A stretch of DNA of 64,000 nucleotides. Source: Nemertoderma westbladi. Its lineage: Eukaryota; Animalia; Xenacoelomorpha. Positions 35,409 through 48,135 of the stretch are shown in pieces; position 1 is the stretch's first letter; each line of letters opens with the position of its first letter. The position numbers and the translations under genes are program-made. The notes beneath the pieces were generated by a model. That model saw only the letters and a list, made by a program, of their open reading frames with translations. It had not been told where the DNA came from and ran no database searches. The stretch spans positions 2,059-66,058 of the forward strand of contig JAUCBJ010004016.1 of assembly GCA_032718475.1 (NCBI GenBank), read 5' to 3'.

Positions 35409-38216
35409 GGGTCAGTCCATATCAAAACGACCAATGTTAAAAACCACTATGTCTTGGATCAGTCTAATTTTTGGAGAGATTGATAATGGGTTTAAGATAT
35501 GAAGAACAAAAAAAACATTTCTCAGAAATATTGAGTAGAAGTCAAGATATGACTATTTGAAAAATTCAAGTTTTCGCATGACCGCACACATTCGCGACAT
35601 TATTTTTTACGCCCTAATTTTAAAAAATCCAATTCAAATTGCTCTGTCTGGGGTGTAAATTTTGTTATGGGGGTAATTTTCTGTGCTGAATCCGAAAATG
35701 TCATCAAAAATTTGAATTTTTAATGTTTTCTTGTGATATATTTTAAATTTCATTTTGTCCGCGACTGAAAAATTAAGGGTTTTCAGGGACATAAAAACAT
35801 GTGTGGCACTGTCACTTAGGTGATGAAACTTTGTATGCTAAACCACAACACTATTGTATTCGAAATTCTAAAACAAAATCTTGACAACTTCATTATAATA
35901 TTTGTGTTCAAATATTTGTCTAAAAAAGTAACCGGGCGGTTAAATATGAAATGGTGATATCAACTGTAATAAGAAAAAAATAAAATATGAGCTGTATTAA
36001 TCTGTGCTAGCAATTACAGTTGGATCAAATTAATAAATAAGAAAAAAATAGGTACAAAATAGGCAAAAAAATAACTTGGTTTCTCCAAATTTTGCGAACT
36101 ACGACCAAAGTGGTGTATTACAGTTTCAGATTATGGAGCACACAGTACCTGTGTTTGCCAAATACATCAGAACATGAAACTGGTGTGTGAAGCACTTCCT
36201 TCCAATGTTTCGTATAAGGATTGTTTCAATAAAGCTGTTTGCGAACTAGACAATCGAGACTGTATGCTTCACAAATTCCAAAATTGCCCGGGTCTCCCTT
36301 CCCTTGTTTCTGCTCTTGAGCATGTATTTTCTGATAATGACATTGAATTGGATTCAGAAATTAAATATAGACAATGGACCTCTAACTCTGAACTTGTTGT
36401 CAAGCTAAGCACTGTTGATGAGTTTATTGATTTTGCTTCTAAGCTAATTTATAATGCTTTGCCACATTCATTCATATCTAAAATGCAATCAGAAAGGCTT
36501 TCAAAGTTAAAAGAAGAACTATCATCCTCAGACTGCATAATCCTCTTAGACTTTGCTGAGAATTACAGTTTTGTTTGTCAAGATGCTGTCCAAGGGTATC
36601 ACTGGGACAACACAGGCAACAGTTCATCCTTTTGTTGTTTACCTTAAAGATCCAAGTTCAACAAAATTGGTGTCCTACAGTTATTGTGTAAATAGTGATG
36701 AGTGAGATCATGGAGTAGGCACTGTACATACATTTCTAAGCACATTAATGCGCCATATAAAGAATCAGTTTCCCCAAATTCAAGGTACAGTTCATTACTT
36801 TTCTGATGGTTCTTCGCAACAGTATAAGAATTGTAAAAACTTTACAAACCTTTGTATGCACCAAGCAGACTTTGCTATAGAAGCTGAGTGGAATTTTTTT
36901 GCCACATCCCATGGGAAAAGTACTTGTGATGGCATAGGAGGAACCACCAAAAGGTTGGTTGCCAGGGCTAGTTTGCAGGCAACAAGTGATAGTCAGATAT
37001 TAACTCCAGCAGATATGTTTAAATGGTTAAACACAAATGTCAAAAATGTCCACTACTTTTATATTTCTAAAGAAGAAGTTGCACAACATACTTCTAAAAT
37101 AGCTTCATGACTTACTGATGCAGCAACAGTATCTGGCACACGGAGTCATCATAAATTTGTTCCTATTGCAGGAGATTCGAATCATCTAAAAATGTTTAGA
37201 ATCTCTGCTGATTCTGACTTCACCATCGTGTCACCTACATCATATTTGTCACCATTTTCAGCTGAGGTAGATATAGGAACAGGAAAGTGGGTTTCAGTAA
37301 TATATGATAAGGCCTGGTACTTAGGAATTGTAGAAGATCATTCTGACGAATATAATGATATATATGTCACATTCATGCACCAAGCACAACAATCCTCTAA
37401 ACTAAACTGGAAATGGCCTGCACAGAAGGATGAGTGTTGGGTTCCAAAATATCATATAATAAAAGGTATTGATGCACCCCTACTAACTAGCATTAATGGT
37501 AGAATATACCAAATTCCAAGCGATGAAGTGGAATGAATTGAAAAAATGGCTTCTCTCAAAAATCGTATTTAAATTAGCTTAAATGGAAGCAATATATCCA
37601 ACTAGAGTACCTAATGGTCACATTAGGTCTGCCAGAATGTTAAAGAAGGCAAATCAACTGATAAATTCTTCTCGCGATCCTTCGCGATTACTCAAAAAAC
37701 GGTATTTTTGATCTGTGATAGAATTTAAAGATGTCATATACCCAGGAATTTTAATGGTTCAATGAAATAACTATAATGTAGTAACGATACACACCAAGTT
37801 TCAGCTTTGTAGTAGCAGTGCCACATTGGTAGTTCTAGGCCTTTCTTTGGCTATCGCGAAAGAAAAAAAATTGCTGATTACAGCACTTTATCTTTCGAAT
37901 TTTCCCTTTTTGTGGTCATTTTTGAGATCAGCACCACAAATATACCCCATAACCAATTTTTCATGCCTTTAGAGTTCCCTTATAGTCTATTGTGTACTAG
38001 AAGACTCCAAAAGTACCAATGCGATAGATGCCGCGAGCGCCCGAAAACTCTAAATTTCAAATACTGATATCTCAGCTTCTAATGAATATTTTTGACTCAT
38101 TTTACTTTTAAATTTCATTACATATGTTTATATTCATATGTAAAAAAATTCAGTCAAACTGGCCATGTTGGGTTTTTCAGATTTACCATTTTGGTCGTTT
38201 TCATATGGACTGACGC
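35409..38216 (+). mobile_element. Sola2-like DNA transposon, internally deleted, with a decayed transposase
   Basis: TIR GGGTCAGTCCATATCAAAACGACCAA versus GCGTCAGTCCATATGAAAACGACCAA (reverse complement of the right end); imperfect inverted similarity extends ~400 bp (35521-35580 vs 38040-38100; 35801-35835 vs 37792-37830); 4-bp TSD TAGT. GRG ends with a 4-bp TSD fit Sola2. Confidence 0.75.
36090..37570 (+). pseudogene. Fragmented DDD transposase
   Basis: LRPKWC...CVCQIHQN, LDFAENYSFVCQDAVQGYHW, FSDGSSQQYKN and FFATSHGKSTCDGIGGTTKR; frameshift near 36610 and in-frame stops; N-terminus missing. Confidence 0.82.
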
Positions 38217-40109
38217 TAGTACTAGAGTGCTACACTTGTACTAGAGTGCTACACTAGTACTAGAATGCTACACTAGTGAGTGCTGCACTAGTACTAGAAT
38301 GCTACACTAGTAGGTGCTACACTAGTACTAGAATGCTACACTAGTAGGTGCTACACTAGTACTAGAATGCTACACTAGTACTAGAGTGCTACACTAGTAT
38401 TATAGTGCTACACTTGTACTAGAGTGCTACAGTAGTACTAGAGAGCTACATTAGTGAGTGCTATACTAGTACTAGGGTGCTACATTAGTGAGTGCTATAC
38501 TAGTACTATAGTGATACACTAGTATTAGAGTACTACACTAGTGAGTGCTACCCTAGTATTATAGTGCTACACTTGTACTAGAGTGCTACACTAGTACTAG
38601 AATGCTACACTAGTGAGTGCTACACTAGTATTAAATTGCTACACTAGTGAGTGCTACACTAGTACTAGAGAGCTACATTAGTGAGTGCTACCCTAGTATT
38701 ATAGTGCTACACTTGTACTAGAGTGCTACACTAGTACTAGAATGCTACACTAGTGAGTGCTACACTAGTATTAAATTGCTACACTAGTGAGTGCTACACT
38801 AGTACTAGAGTGCTACACTAGTATTAGAGTACTACACTAGTGAGTGCTACCCTAGTATTATAGTGCTACACTAGTACTAGAGTGCTACAGCAGTACTATA
38901 GTGCTACACTAGTATTATAGTGTTATACTAGTGAGTGCTAAACTAGTATTAGAGTGCTACACTAATATTAGAGTGCTACACTAGTACTAGAGTGCTACAC
39001 TAGTACTAGAATGCTACACTAGTACTAGAGAGCTACACTAGTAAGTTATACACTAGTATTAGAGTGCTACACTAATATTAGAGTGCTACACTAGTATTAG
39101 AGTGCTACACTAGTACTAGATTGCTACACTAGTAAGTTATACACTAGTATTAGAGTGCTACACTAATATTAGAGTGCTACACTAGTACTAGAGTGCTACA
39201 CTAGTACTAGAGTGCTACAGTAGTACTAGAGTGCTACACTAGTACTAGAGTGCTACATTAGTACTAGAGTGCTACAATAATATTAGAATAATACACTAAT
39301 GAGTGCTACACGAGTATTAGAATGCTACACTAGTAAGTGCTACACTAGAATTTGAATGCTACATTAGTACTAGAGTACTACACTAGTAAGTGCAACACTA
39401 GTATTAGAGTGCTACACTAGTACTAGAGTGCTACACTAGTACTAGAGTGCTACACTAGTACTATATTGCTACACTAGTACTAGAGTTCTACACTAGTACT
39501 AGAGTGCTACACTAGTATTAGAGTGCTACACTAGTACTAGAGTGCTACACTTATTGAGTGCTACACTAGTATTAGAGTGCTACACTAGTACTAGGGTGCT
39601 ACACTAGTGAGTGCTACACTAGTACTAAGGTGCTACACTAGTAATAGAGTGCTACAAGTGTACTAGAGTGCTACACTTATTGAGTGCTACACTAGTATTA
39701 GAGTGCTACACTAGTACTAGGGTGTTACACTAGTGAGTGCTACGCTAGTACTAAGGTGCTAAACTAGTATTAGAGTGCTACAAGAGTACTAGAGTGCTAC
39801 ACTTATTGAGTGCTACACTAGTATTAGAGTGCTGCACTAGTACTAGGGTTCTACACTAGTACTAGGGTGCTACACTAGTGAGTGCTACACTAGTACTAGG
39901 GTGCTACATTAGTGAGTGCTATACTAGTACTATAGTGATACACTAGTATTAGAGTGCTACTCTAGTACTAGAGTGCTGCACTAGTATTAGAGTGCTACTC
40001 TAGTACTAGAGTGCTGCACTAGTATTAGAGTGCTATACTTTATACTCTACTCTGTACTAGTGTAGCAATCTAGTACTATTGTGTATGCTACACTAGTAGA
40101 GAGGTGAGA

Positions 40110-43100
40110 GGTACACTACCTGTACGGTACACTTTGGGTGGACTACCTGTACGGTACACTTTGGGTGGACTACCTGTACGGTACACTTTGGGTGGACTAC
40201 CTGTACGGTACACTTTGGGTGGACTACCTGTACGGTACACTTTGGGTGGACTACCTGTACGGTACACTTTGGGTGGACTACCTGTACGGTACACTTTGGG
40301 TGGACTACCTGTACGGTACACTTTGGGTGGACTACCTGTACGGTACACTTTGGGTGGACTACCTGTACGGTACACTTTGGGTGGACTACCTGTACGGTAC
40401 ACTTTGGGTGGACTACCTGTACGGTACACTTTGGGTGGACTACCTGTACGGTACACTTTGGGTGGACTACCTGTACGGTACACTTTGGGTGGACTACCTG
40501 TACGGTACACTTTGGGTGGACTACCTGTACGGTACACTTTGGGTGGACTACCTGTACGGTACACTTTGGGTGGACTACCTGTGCGGTACACTTTGGGTGG
40601 ACTACCTGTACGGTACACTTTGGGTGGACTACCTGTACGGTACACTTTGGGTGGACTACCTGTACGGTACACTTTGGGTGGACTACCTGTACGGTACACT
40701 TTGGGTAGACTACCTGTACGGTACACTTTGGGTGGACTACCTGTACGGTACACTTTGGGTGGACTACCTGTGCGGTACACTTTGGGTGGACTACCTGTAC
40801 GGTACACTTTGGGTGGACTACCTGTACGGTACACTTTGGGTGGACTACCTGTACGGTACACTTTGGGTGGACTACCTGTACGGTACACTTTGGGTGGACT
40901 ACCTGTACGGTACACTTTGGGTGGACTACCTGTACGGTACACTTTGGGTAGACTACCTGTACGGTACACTTTGGGTGGACTACCTGTACGGTACACTTTG
41001 GGTGGACTACCTGTGCGGTACACTTTGGGTGGACTACCTGTACGGTACACTTTGGGTGGACTACCTGTACGGTACACTTTGGGTGGACTACCTGTACGGT
41101 ACACTTTGGGTGGACTACCTGTACGGTACACTTTGGGTGGACTACCTGTACGGTACACTTTGGGTGGACTACCTGTACGGTACACTTTGGGTGGACTACC
41201 TGTGCGGTACACTTTGGGTGGACTACCTGTGCGGTACACTTTGGGTGGACTACCTGTACGGTACACTTTGGGTGGACTACCTGTACGGTACACTTTGGGT
41301 GGACTACCTGTACGGTACACTTTGGGTGGACTACCTGTACGGTACACTTTGGGTGGACTACCTGTACGGTACACTTTGGGTGGACTACCTGTACGGTACA
41401 CTTTGGGTGGACTACCTGTACGGTACACTTTGGGTGGACTACCTGTACGGTACACTTTGGGTGGACTACCTGTACGGTACACTTTGGGTGGACTACCTGT
41501 ACGGTACACTTTGGGTGGACTACCTGTACGGTACACTTTGGGTGGACTACCTGTACGGTACACTTTGGGTGGACTACCTGTACGGTACACTTTGGGTGGA
41601 CTACCTGTACGGTACACTTTGGGTGGACTACCTGTACGGTACACTTTGGGTGGACTACCTGTACGGTACACTTTGGGTGGACTACCTGTACGGTACACTT
41701 TGGGTGGACTACCTGTACGGTACACTTTGGGTGGACTACCTGTACGGTACACTTTGGGTGGACTACCTGTACGGTACACTTTGGGTGGACTACCTGTACG
41801 GTACACTTTGGGTGGACTACCTGTACGGTACACTTTGGGTGGACTACCTGTACGGTACACTTTGGGTGGACTACCTGTACGGTACACTTTGGGTGGACTA
41901 CCTGTACGGTACACTTTGGGTGGACTACCTGTACGGTACACTTTGGGTGGACTACCTGTACGGTACACTTTGGGTGGACTACCTGTACGGTACACTTTGG
42001 GTGGACTACCTGTACGGTACACTTTGGGTGGACTACCTGTACGGTACACTTTGGGTGGACTACCTGTACGGTACACTTTGGGTGGACTACCTGTACGGTA
42101 CACTTTGGGTGGACTACCTGTACGGTACACTTTGGGTGGACTACCTGTACGGTACACTTTGGGTGGACTACCTGTACGGTACACTTTGGGTGGACTACCT
42201 GTACGGTACACTTTGGGTGGACTACCTGTACGGTACACTTTGGGTGGACTACCTGTACGGTACACTTTGGGTGGACTACCTGTACGGTACACTTTGGGTG
42301 GACTACCTGTACGGTACACTTTGGGTGGACTACCTGTACGGTACACTTTGGGTGGACTACCTGTACGGTACACTTTGGGTGGACTACCTGTACGGTACAC
42401 TTTGGGTGGACTACCTGTACGGTACACTTTGGGTGGACTACCTGTACGGTACACTTTGGGTGGACTACCTGTACGGTACACTTTGGGTGGACTACCTGTA
42501 CGGTACACTTTGGGTGGACTACCTGTACGGTACACTTTGGGTGGACTACCTGTACGGTACACTTTGGGTGGACTACCTGTACGGTACACTTTGGGTGGAC
42601 TACCTGTACGGTACACTTTGGGTGGACTACCTGTACGGTACACTTTGGGTGGACTACCTGTACGGTACACTTTGGGTGGACTACCTGTACGGTACACTTT
42701 GGGTGGACTACCTGTACGGTACACTTTGGGTGGACTACCTGTACGGTACACTTTGGGTGGACTACCTGTACGGTACACTTTGGGTGGACTACCTGTACGG
42801 TACACTTTGGGTGGACTACCTGTACGGTACACTTTGGGTGGACTACCTGTACGGTACACTTTGGGTGGACTACCTGTACGGTACACTTTGGGTGGACTAC
42901 CTGTACGGTACACTTTGGGTGGACTACCTGTACGGTACACTTTGGGTGGACTACCTGTACGGTACACTTTGGGTGGACTACCTGTACGGTACACTTTGGG
43001 TGGACTACCTGTACGGTACACTTTGGGTGGACTACCTGTACGGTACACTTTGGGTGGACTACCTGTACGGTACACTTTGGGTGGACTACCTGTACGGTAC

Positions 43101-43753
43101 ACTTTGGGTGGACTACCTGTACGGTACACTTTGGGTGGACTACCTGTACGGTACACTTTGGGTGGACTACCTGTACGGTACACTTTGGGTGGACTACCTG
43201 TACGGTACACTTTGGGTGGACTACCTGTACGGTACACTTTGGGTGGACTACCTGTACGGTACACTTTGGGTGGACTACCTGTACGGTACACTTTGGGTGG
43301 ACTACCTGTACGGTACACTTTGGGTGGACTACCTGTACGGTACACTTTGGGTGGACTACCTGTACGGTACACTTTGGGTGGACTACCTGTACGGTACACT
43401 TTGGGTGGACTACCTGTACGGTACACTTTGGGTGGACTACCTGTACGGTACACTTTGGGTGGACTACCTGTACGGTACACTTTGGGTGGACTACCTGTAC
43501 GGTACACTACCTGTGCGGTACACTTTGGGTGGACTACCTGTACGCTACACTTTGGGTGGACTACCTGTACGGTACACTTTGGGTGGACTACCTGTACGGT
43601 ACACTTTGGGTGGACTACCTGTACGGTACACTTTGGGTGGACTACCTGTACGGTACACTTTGGGTGGACTACCTGTACGGTACACTTTGGGTGGACTACC
43701 TGTACGGTACACTTTGGGTGGACTACCTGTACGGTACACTTTGGGTGGACTAC
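40110..43753. repeat. 27-bp satellite, ~135 near-identical copies
   Basis: CTACCTGTACGGTACACTTTGGGTGGA, with only scattered variants near the ends. Confidence 0.98.
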
Positions 43754-44163
43754 ATGATTTTTCTGAATTTTAATTGTTAACGAAATTAAAATAAGTAATA
43801 AGTAATTATAATAAAGTAAAATACCAAATTATTAAATTGAAATTTATAAATTTTACTTTTTTTACGCAACTGATAATATTCCAAAATTGTACAGTATATT
43901 ATTCGCTATAGGACGATTACAATCCCAGAATTCAGAGTTTTAGATATTTCTAATGTAATCGACATTTATAAGTCAAGTAGAATAATCTCTTTAAATATAT
44001 ATTCGATTCTATTTTTTGAAGTTGCAGCAAATGGATAACATAATCGATTTATAATATAATTAGTTAAACGATAAATAGTTTTTGTTTGTGCTGTATCTAA
44101 TGTATAAAGTGTTTGTAACTGTAAAATATTATATCCGAGGATAACATTTCAGGCCGATACGCA

Positions 44164-44742
44164 ATGGCGGAAACACACGGTAGAAAACGAAGTTCTGTAG
44201 CTCGGATGAGTGTGGCAAGTGGTCCCATGGGGGGTCACGGTCTCGGTATAAAGGGTATCCTAGCAACAAAGAGACTCGCGAGAAACATGCGAATGAAACG
44301 CGAGGGCGTCTGGGCGAAGGGAAGTTTCAGAGAGAGCGTAACGAGCACGTTACCTGGGAAACGAGACCCAGCTCCTGAGATAATCTACGAACCAACATAT
44401 AGGATGACGACAGATCGTCATTTTAGTCAATTCACCGGTAAAGTCGAAAGGATAGCCTATGACGTCATGGAAAAGTATCTACAGGATGTTAAGTACGATC
44501 CTATTGTATGCGCGAAACTTAGCTGCGAAATTAGTGACGTCATTAAAGCTGATGTAAAGAAGCTGGAATTGGATCGATATAAGATTGTTGTTCTTACTCA
44601 TATTGGTCAGCTGAAGGGTCAGGGTGTACGCACCTCTAGTAGGTGTGTCTGGGACCCCAGCATGGACAGTTACTCCAGCGCCACCTACCAGAATCGTACT
44701 TTATTCTCGAATACTGTTGTGTTTGGTGTCTACAGAGATTAA
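44164..44742 (+). CDS. Tctex1-domain dynein light chain (TCTEX1D1/DYNLT5-like), copy 1, no coding intron
   Basis: YEPTYRM...YDP...SDVIKADVK...RYKIVV...GQLKGQGVRTSSRCVWD...DSYSSATY.N.TLF....VFGVY. Confidence 0.92.
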   Translation: MAETHGRKRSSVARMSVASGPMGGHGLGIKGILATKRLARNMRMKREGVWAKGSFRESVTSTLPGKRDPAPEIIYEPTYRMTTDRHFSQFTGKVERIAYDVMEKYLQDVKYDPIVCAKLSCEISDVIKADVKKLELDRYKIVVLTHIGQLKGQGVRTSSRCVWDPSMDSYSSATYQNRTLFSNTVVFGVYRD

Positions 44743-44935
44743 ACTGATTAGTTAAACCAAATGTATATCAAACAAAATCTGGTACACAATTATTGTATAT
44801 AATTGAATAAATATTTTGTAACTTAATGTTTATTTATTAAGTGTTTGTTTCTCCGGGTAGCAGTGCGATTGCGTTTTATTTGTACTGTTCGCAGTTCGCA
44901 GAGACTGAAATACTTAACATCTAAAATTTGTTTCC

Positions 44936-46110
44936 AGGACGAAGGTCCGAATGGGACGAAAGTCCGAAAAATTAAGACGAAGGTCCGAAACAGCATTAGG
45001 CTAAGATAATATTTACTAAGTGTCCAAGTAAATTTATTTTAAAATATTTTTTTTTTAACACCTCTTCAACATTTTTTTTTAATTATAGTAACAGGAGCAC
45101 ACATGCCGTATATAATTACACATCATACGCCTCCCTCGGTCTTTAATATTCATGCGAACATGTATGTGTCTCTTGGTCACAATCTCAACGATCCCACCAC
45201 ATTCCCGATTAACGGTTATTAGCCAATTAACAACTGAAATCCTGCCAATTGTAGTTAATAGATCCTCTACTTTCTTCTTTGCTCAGCAATTTCGGTTGTA
45301 TTGGTGTATTATTTACGTTAATATGTTTCCCATTGAGCCGAAATTCAAGAATTGGCCAATGGCCATCCTGACACTATTATTATACTGAACAACTTTGTTC
45401 TTACGATTGTGGAATTCATAATAAATAGGAGTGACAGGAATAAATTACATCACTTCAGGCCCGTTCACATCCAACGGAACGGTACACCGCGTGGTGTACC
45501 GCAGCCCATTTAAACAATGTTAAAACAATTAATGTAATTTCCTGTTGAATTCAAAGTCGACAGATAGACAATCAGTTACCGCAACGGTACCGTTGGGTGT
45601 GAACGGGCTCCGGGTAGTGTACCGCTGGCTTACCGTTTCAATACCGCCAGACTACTTTACCGCTAAGGCACGGTTGGATGTGAACGGGGCTTAGGATGAG
45701 AAATCGGGACTGTGACTGATGAAATGCGATACCGCACTAACTGTTTGTTTCCGTATAATATAGATTTGAGAGACTAAAAGCGATTTAAAAGTAATAGTAT
45801 CTGAGTTGTAGATCAAGTTATATATGACGCTAATATCGTTGGCTAATAAGAGAGTTTACTACATCATGTTCACATTTGTTACATCATGTTACAATTGACA
45901 TGACGGTGTGAGAAAGATTTCCACTCGTCCTTTTCATTCGGATCTTCGCCATGGGATGATAAACCACTAATGTTTGTCGCCTTTTGCCCATACAAACCTT
46001 GTCCTCTATAATGTACATACAGTTCTTGGCCGTAGACGAAGGCCCCACATACCCAGGACGAAATATTGAGCTCATGATGGCCACTTTCGGACCTTCGTCT
46101 CATGTATTCT
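44936..46110. mobile_element. Degenerate TIR element between the Tctex1 genes
   Basis: (GACGAAGGTCCGAA)x3 at ~44938-44990 and inverted TTCGGACCTTCGTC at ~46086-46099; TSD not found. Confidence 0.45.
45458..45690. mobile_element. PIF/Harbinger-like palindromic MITE
   Basis: GGCCCGTTCACATCCAAC ... GTTGGATGTGAACGGGGC, flanked by TCA and TTA. Confidence 0.6.
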
Positions 46111-46392
46111 GTGAATTTAGAGAGATAGGACATATACTTCCAAATTCGTACTATCTAGAGGCAATCACTAAGAAAGCGACACAAACTAATAAGTTTGTCT
46201 CATATTATTTATTAACTAACATAACACTAATATTGTTTCAACATTTAACACAATGTTGGCCATCTTTATTGTATAAGGATTATTTTTGCTCATTTAATTA
46301 CTAAAGTTACTTGTTATTTGCCAAGTTAGACAAACGGGTGAGCCATCAATATCTGTATTTAGGGCACCCATTGCGTGTGGTGTACAAGGGGG

Positions 46393-46405
46393 GTAGCTAA
46401 GCAAC
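46393..46405. promoter_or_regulatory. Candidate RFX X-box upstream of Tctex1 copy 2
   Basis: GTAGCTAAGCAAC fits GTNRC-N-RGYAAC, ~130 bp before the ATG of a ciliary-type gene; a short motif that could be chance. Confidence 0.35.
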
Positions 46406-46531
46406 ATTACCAACAGTATTCAACGTACTTAGCCTAACTAATAAGTGTCAATAAACCACGGGAGACAATTTATTTATTTTCTGTTTCTAATTTTCTTTTT
46501 AGTTTTTTCCCATTAAAAAAGTCGTATAAAA

Positions 46532-47092
46532 ATGAGTGACATGGAAGGAAGGAAGAAAAGCAGGGCCAGAAGCACAGTGGCCAGTGGTTTGGGTATTAAG
46601 AGCGTTCTTTCTACCAAAAGGCTCGCACGCAATCTCCGAATGAAACGCGAGACGGTGTGGATGAGAGGAAGTTTCAGAGACACTCAAGGGGGCGCTATGA
46701 TGCCGGGGAAACGGGACCCCGCTCCCGAGATTATCTTCGAGCCTACCTATAGGTTGACAGCGGAGCGACAATTCAGTCAGTTTACCGGGAAAACCCAACG
46801 ATTAGCCTATGACGTCATGGAAAAGTATCTACAAGATGTTAAGTACGATCCTAATGTATGCGCGAAACTTAGCTGCGAAATTAGTGACGTCATTAAAGCT
46901 GATGTAAAGAAGCTGGAATTGGATCGATATAAGATTGTTGTTCTCACTCATATTGGTCAGCTGAAGGGTCAGGGTGTACGCACCTCTAGTAGGTGTGTCT
47001 GGGACCCCAGCATGGACAGTTACTCCAGCGCCACCTACAGTAACTCTTCATTATTTGCTAATACTGTTGTATTTGGTGTCTATCGTGAATAA
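46532..47092 (+). CDS. Tctex1-domain dynein light chain, copy 2, no coding intron
   Basis: Paralog of 44164-44742 with the same motifs; AATAAA at the stop codon and near 47160. Confidence 0.92.
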   Translation: MSDMEGRKKSRARSTVASGLGIKSVLSTKRLARNLRMKRETVWMRGSFRDTQGGAMMPGKRDPAPEIIFEPTYRLTAERQFSQFTGKTQRLAYDVMEKYLQDVKYDPNVCAKLSCEISDVIKADVKKLELDRYKIVVLTHIGQLKGQGVRTSSRCVWDPSMDSYSSATYSNSSLFANTVVFGVYRE

Positions 47093-47351
47093 ACTATTTA
47101 GAAGCTCTGTACTTGAAATATCGATTTAATATTGCATTTTCTATCATCCCACCTCTATAAATAAATTGAATGAATTTTTTGTTGAATTATTATTTTTTCA
47201 TCTTGAGGTTTCAGGCAAGTAGTATTGTTCAGTGCTGTATTGCACTTAAAGTATGTTATAAAATCTGAAAAGTGTGGAATTATGAGAAAATTAATGGTGT
47301 ATTTATGGGACAGTAAGGTAAGCGTTTCACACCTACACTAACTGTATTTTG

Positions 47352-47867
47352 GTGTATGCGAAGAATACCATGATTTCACTTTTCGATCGACTTTTTATTG
47401 GAATTTTATATATGAAGATTTCTTATTTCTTTCTTATAACCTGTACAATACTAATTCGTTTATTGTTTTGGTTAGATTCAGTCCTTCTGTAACCTGTGTT
47501 TTTGGTGAAAACCTGGTATTTTTCACATGGGTAAAAGTAACAGTAAAGTAAAAGTAAATTTTCTTCGGCCGCTAGGCCAGGGATTACGCACAAAGTTTGA
47601 CGATTTATTTCCAGTGCGGTCCCCCCAGAACTTTACTCCCCAGAGGAAATTCCAGTACTCATTTAGCTACCACTTAAGGATGCAAGGGAGAGATGCGCCC
47701 TGGCTGGTCCCTTTAAAGCATTCGTGCCGAAACAAAAACTGCCCTGACCCATGTGAGGATCGAACCCACGACCTACGGGAGATGTGAATTCAATGCGACC
47801 ACTACACCAAGGGGTAACTGCAAAGTGAAATATAACGCCATAAAGTCTGGTATTCTTCAAATGGGCC
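47352..47867. mobile_element. Harbinger-like MITE (GCCCATGTGAAGAATACC-type ends) carrying a SINE
   Basis: Collinear with 55320-55597 apart from the 47535-47812 insert. Confidence 0.7.
47535..47812 (-). mobile_element. tRNA-derived SINE
   Basis: Minus strand: A box TGGTGTAGTGG, B box GGTTCGATCC, (TTTAC)n-like tail, GGGTAA on both sides; absent from the paralogous MITE at ~55540. Confidence 0.8.
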
Positions 47868-48135
47868 GTATTTTATTAAGAATTAAGATACAGAAAAAGT
47901 TTAACGTACAGTAATGTACGTACATGTATGCTGGGCCTACGTTTTGACTTATGATCATTATTCCTGTAATTAAATTTGTTCTAGAACATTCATCTAACTG
48001 TCACTTGTAATTGACCAGGCATATCGTCAAATATTGTGATTATTTGTTTACAAGATGACTACTACTGTAACTCAAATAAATTAAATATAAAAAAACTAAT
48101 TAAATTAAACTAAATTATTGCAACCTTGTTTCGTT

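Larger units (their letters stand above)
35140..40100. repeat. 19-bp/15-bp satellite (TAGTACTAGAGTGCTACAC), split by the Sola2-like insertion
   Basis: Degenerate units at ~35140-35408 and a long array at 38217-40100. Confidence 0.9.

Noticed and set aside
40088-43780. ORFs of 1100-1200 aa made of 9-residue repeats
   Set aside because: The 27-bp unit is stop-free in five frames; no synonymous variation or unique domain.
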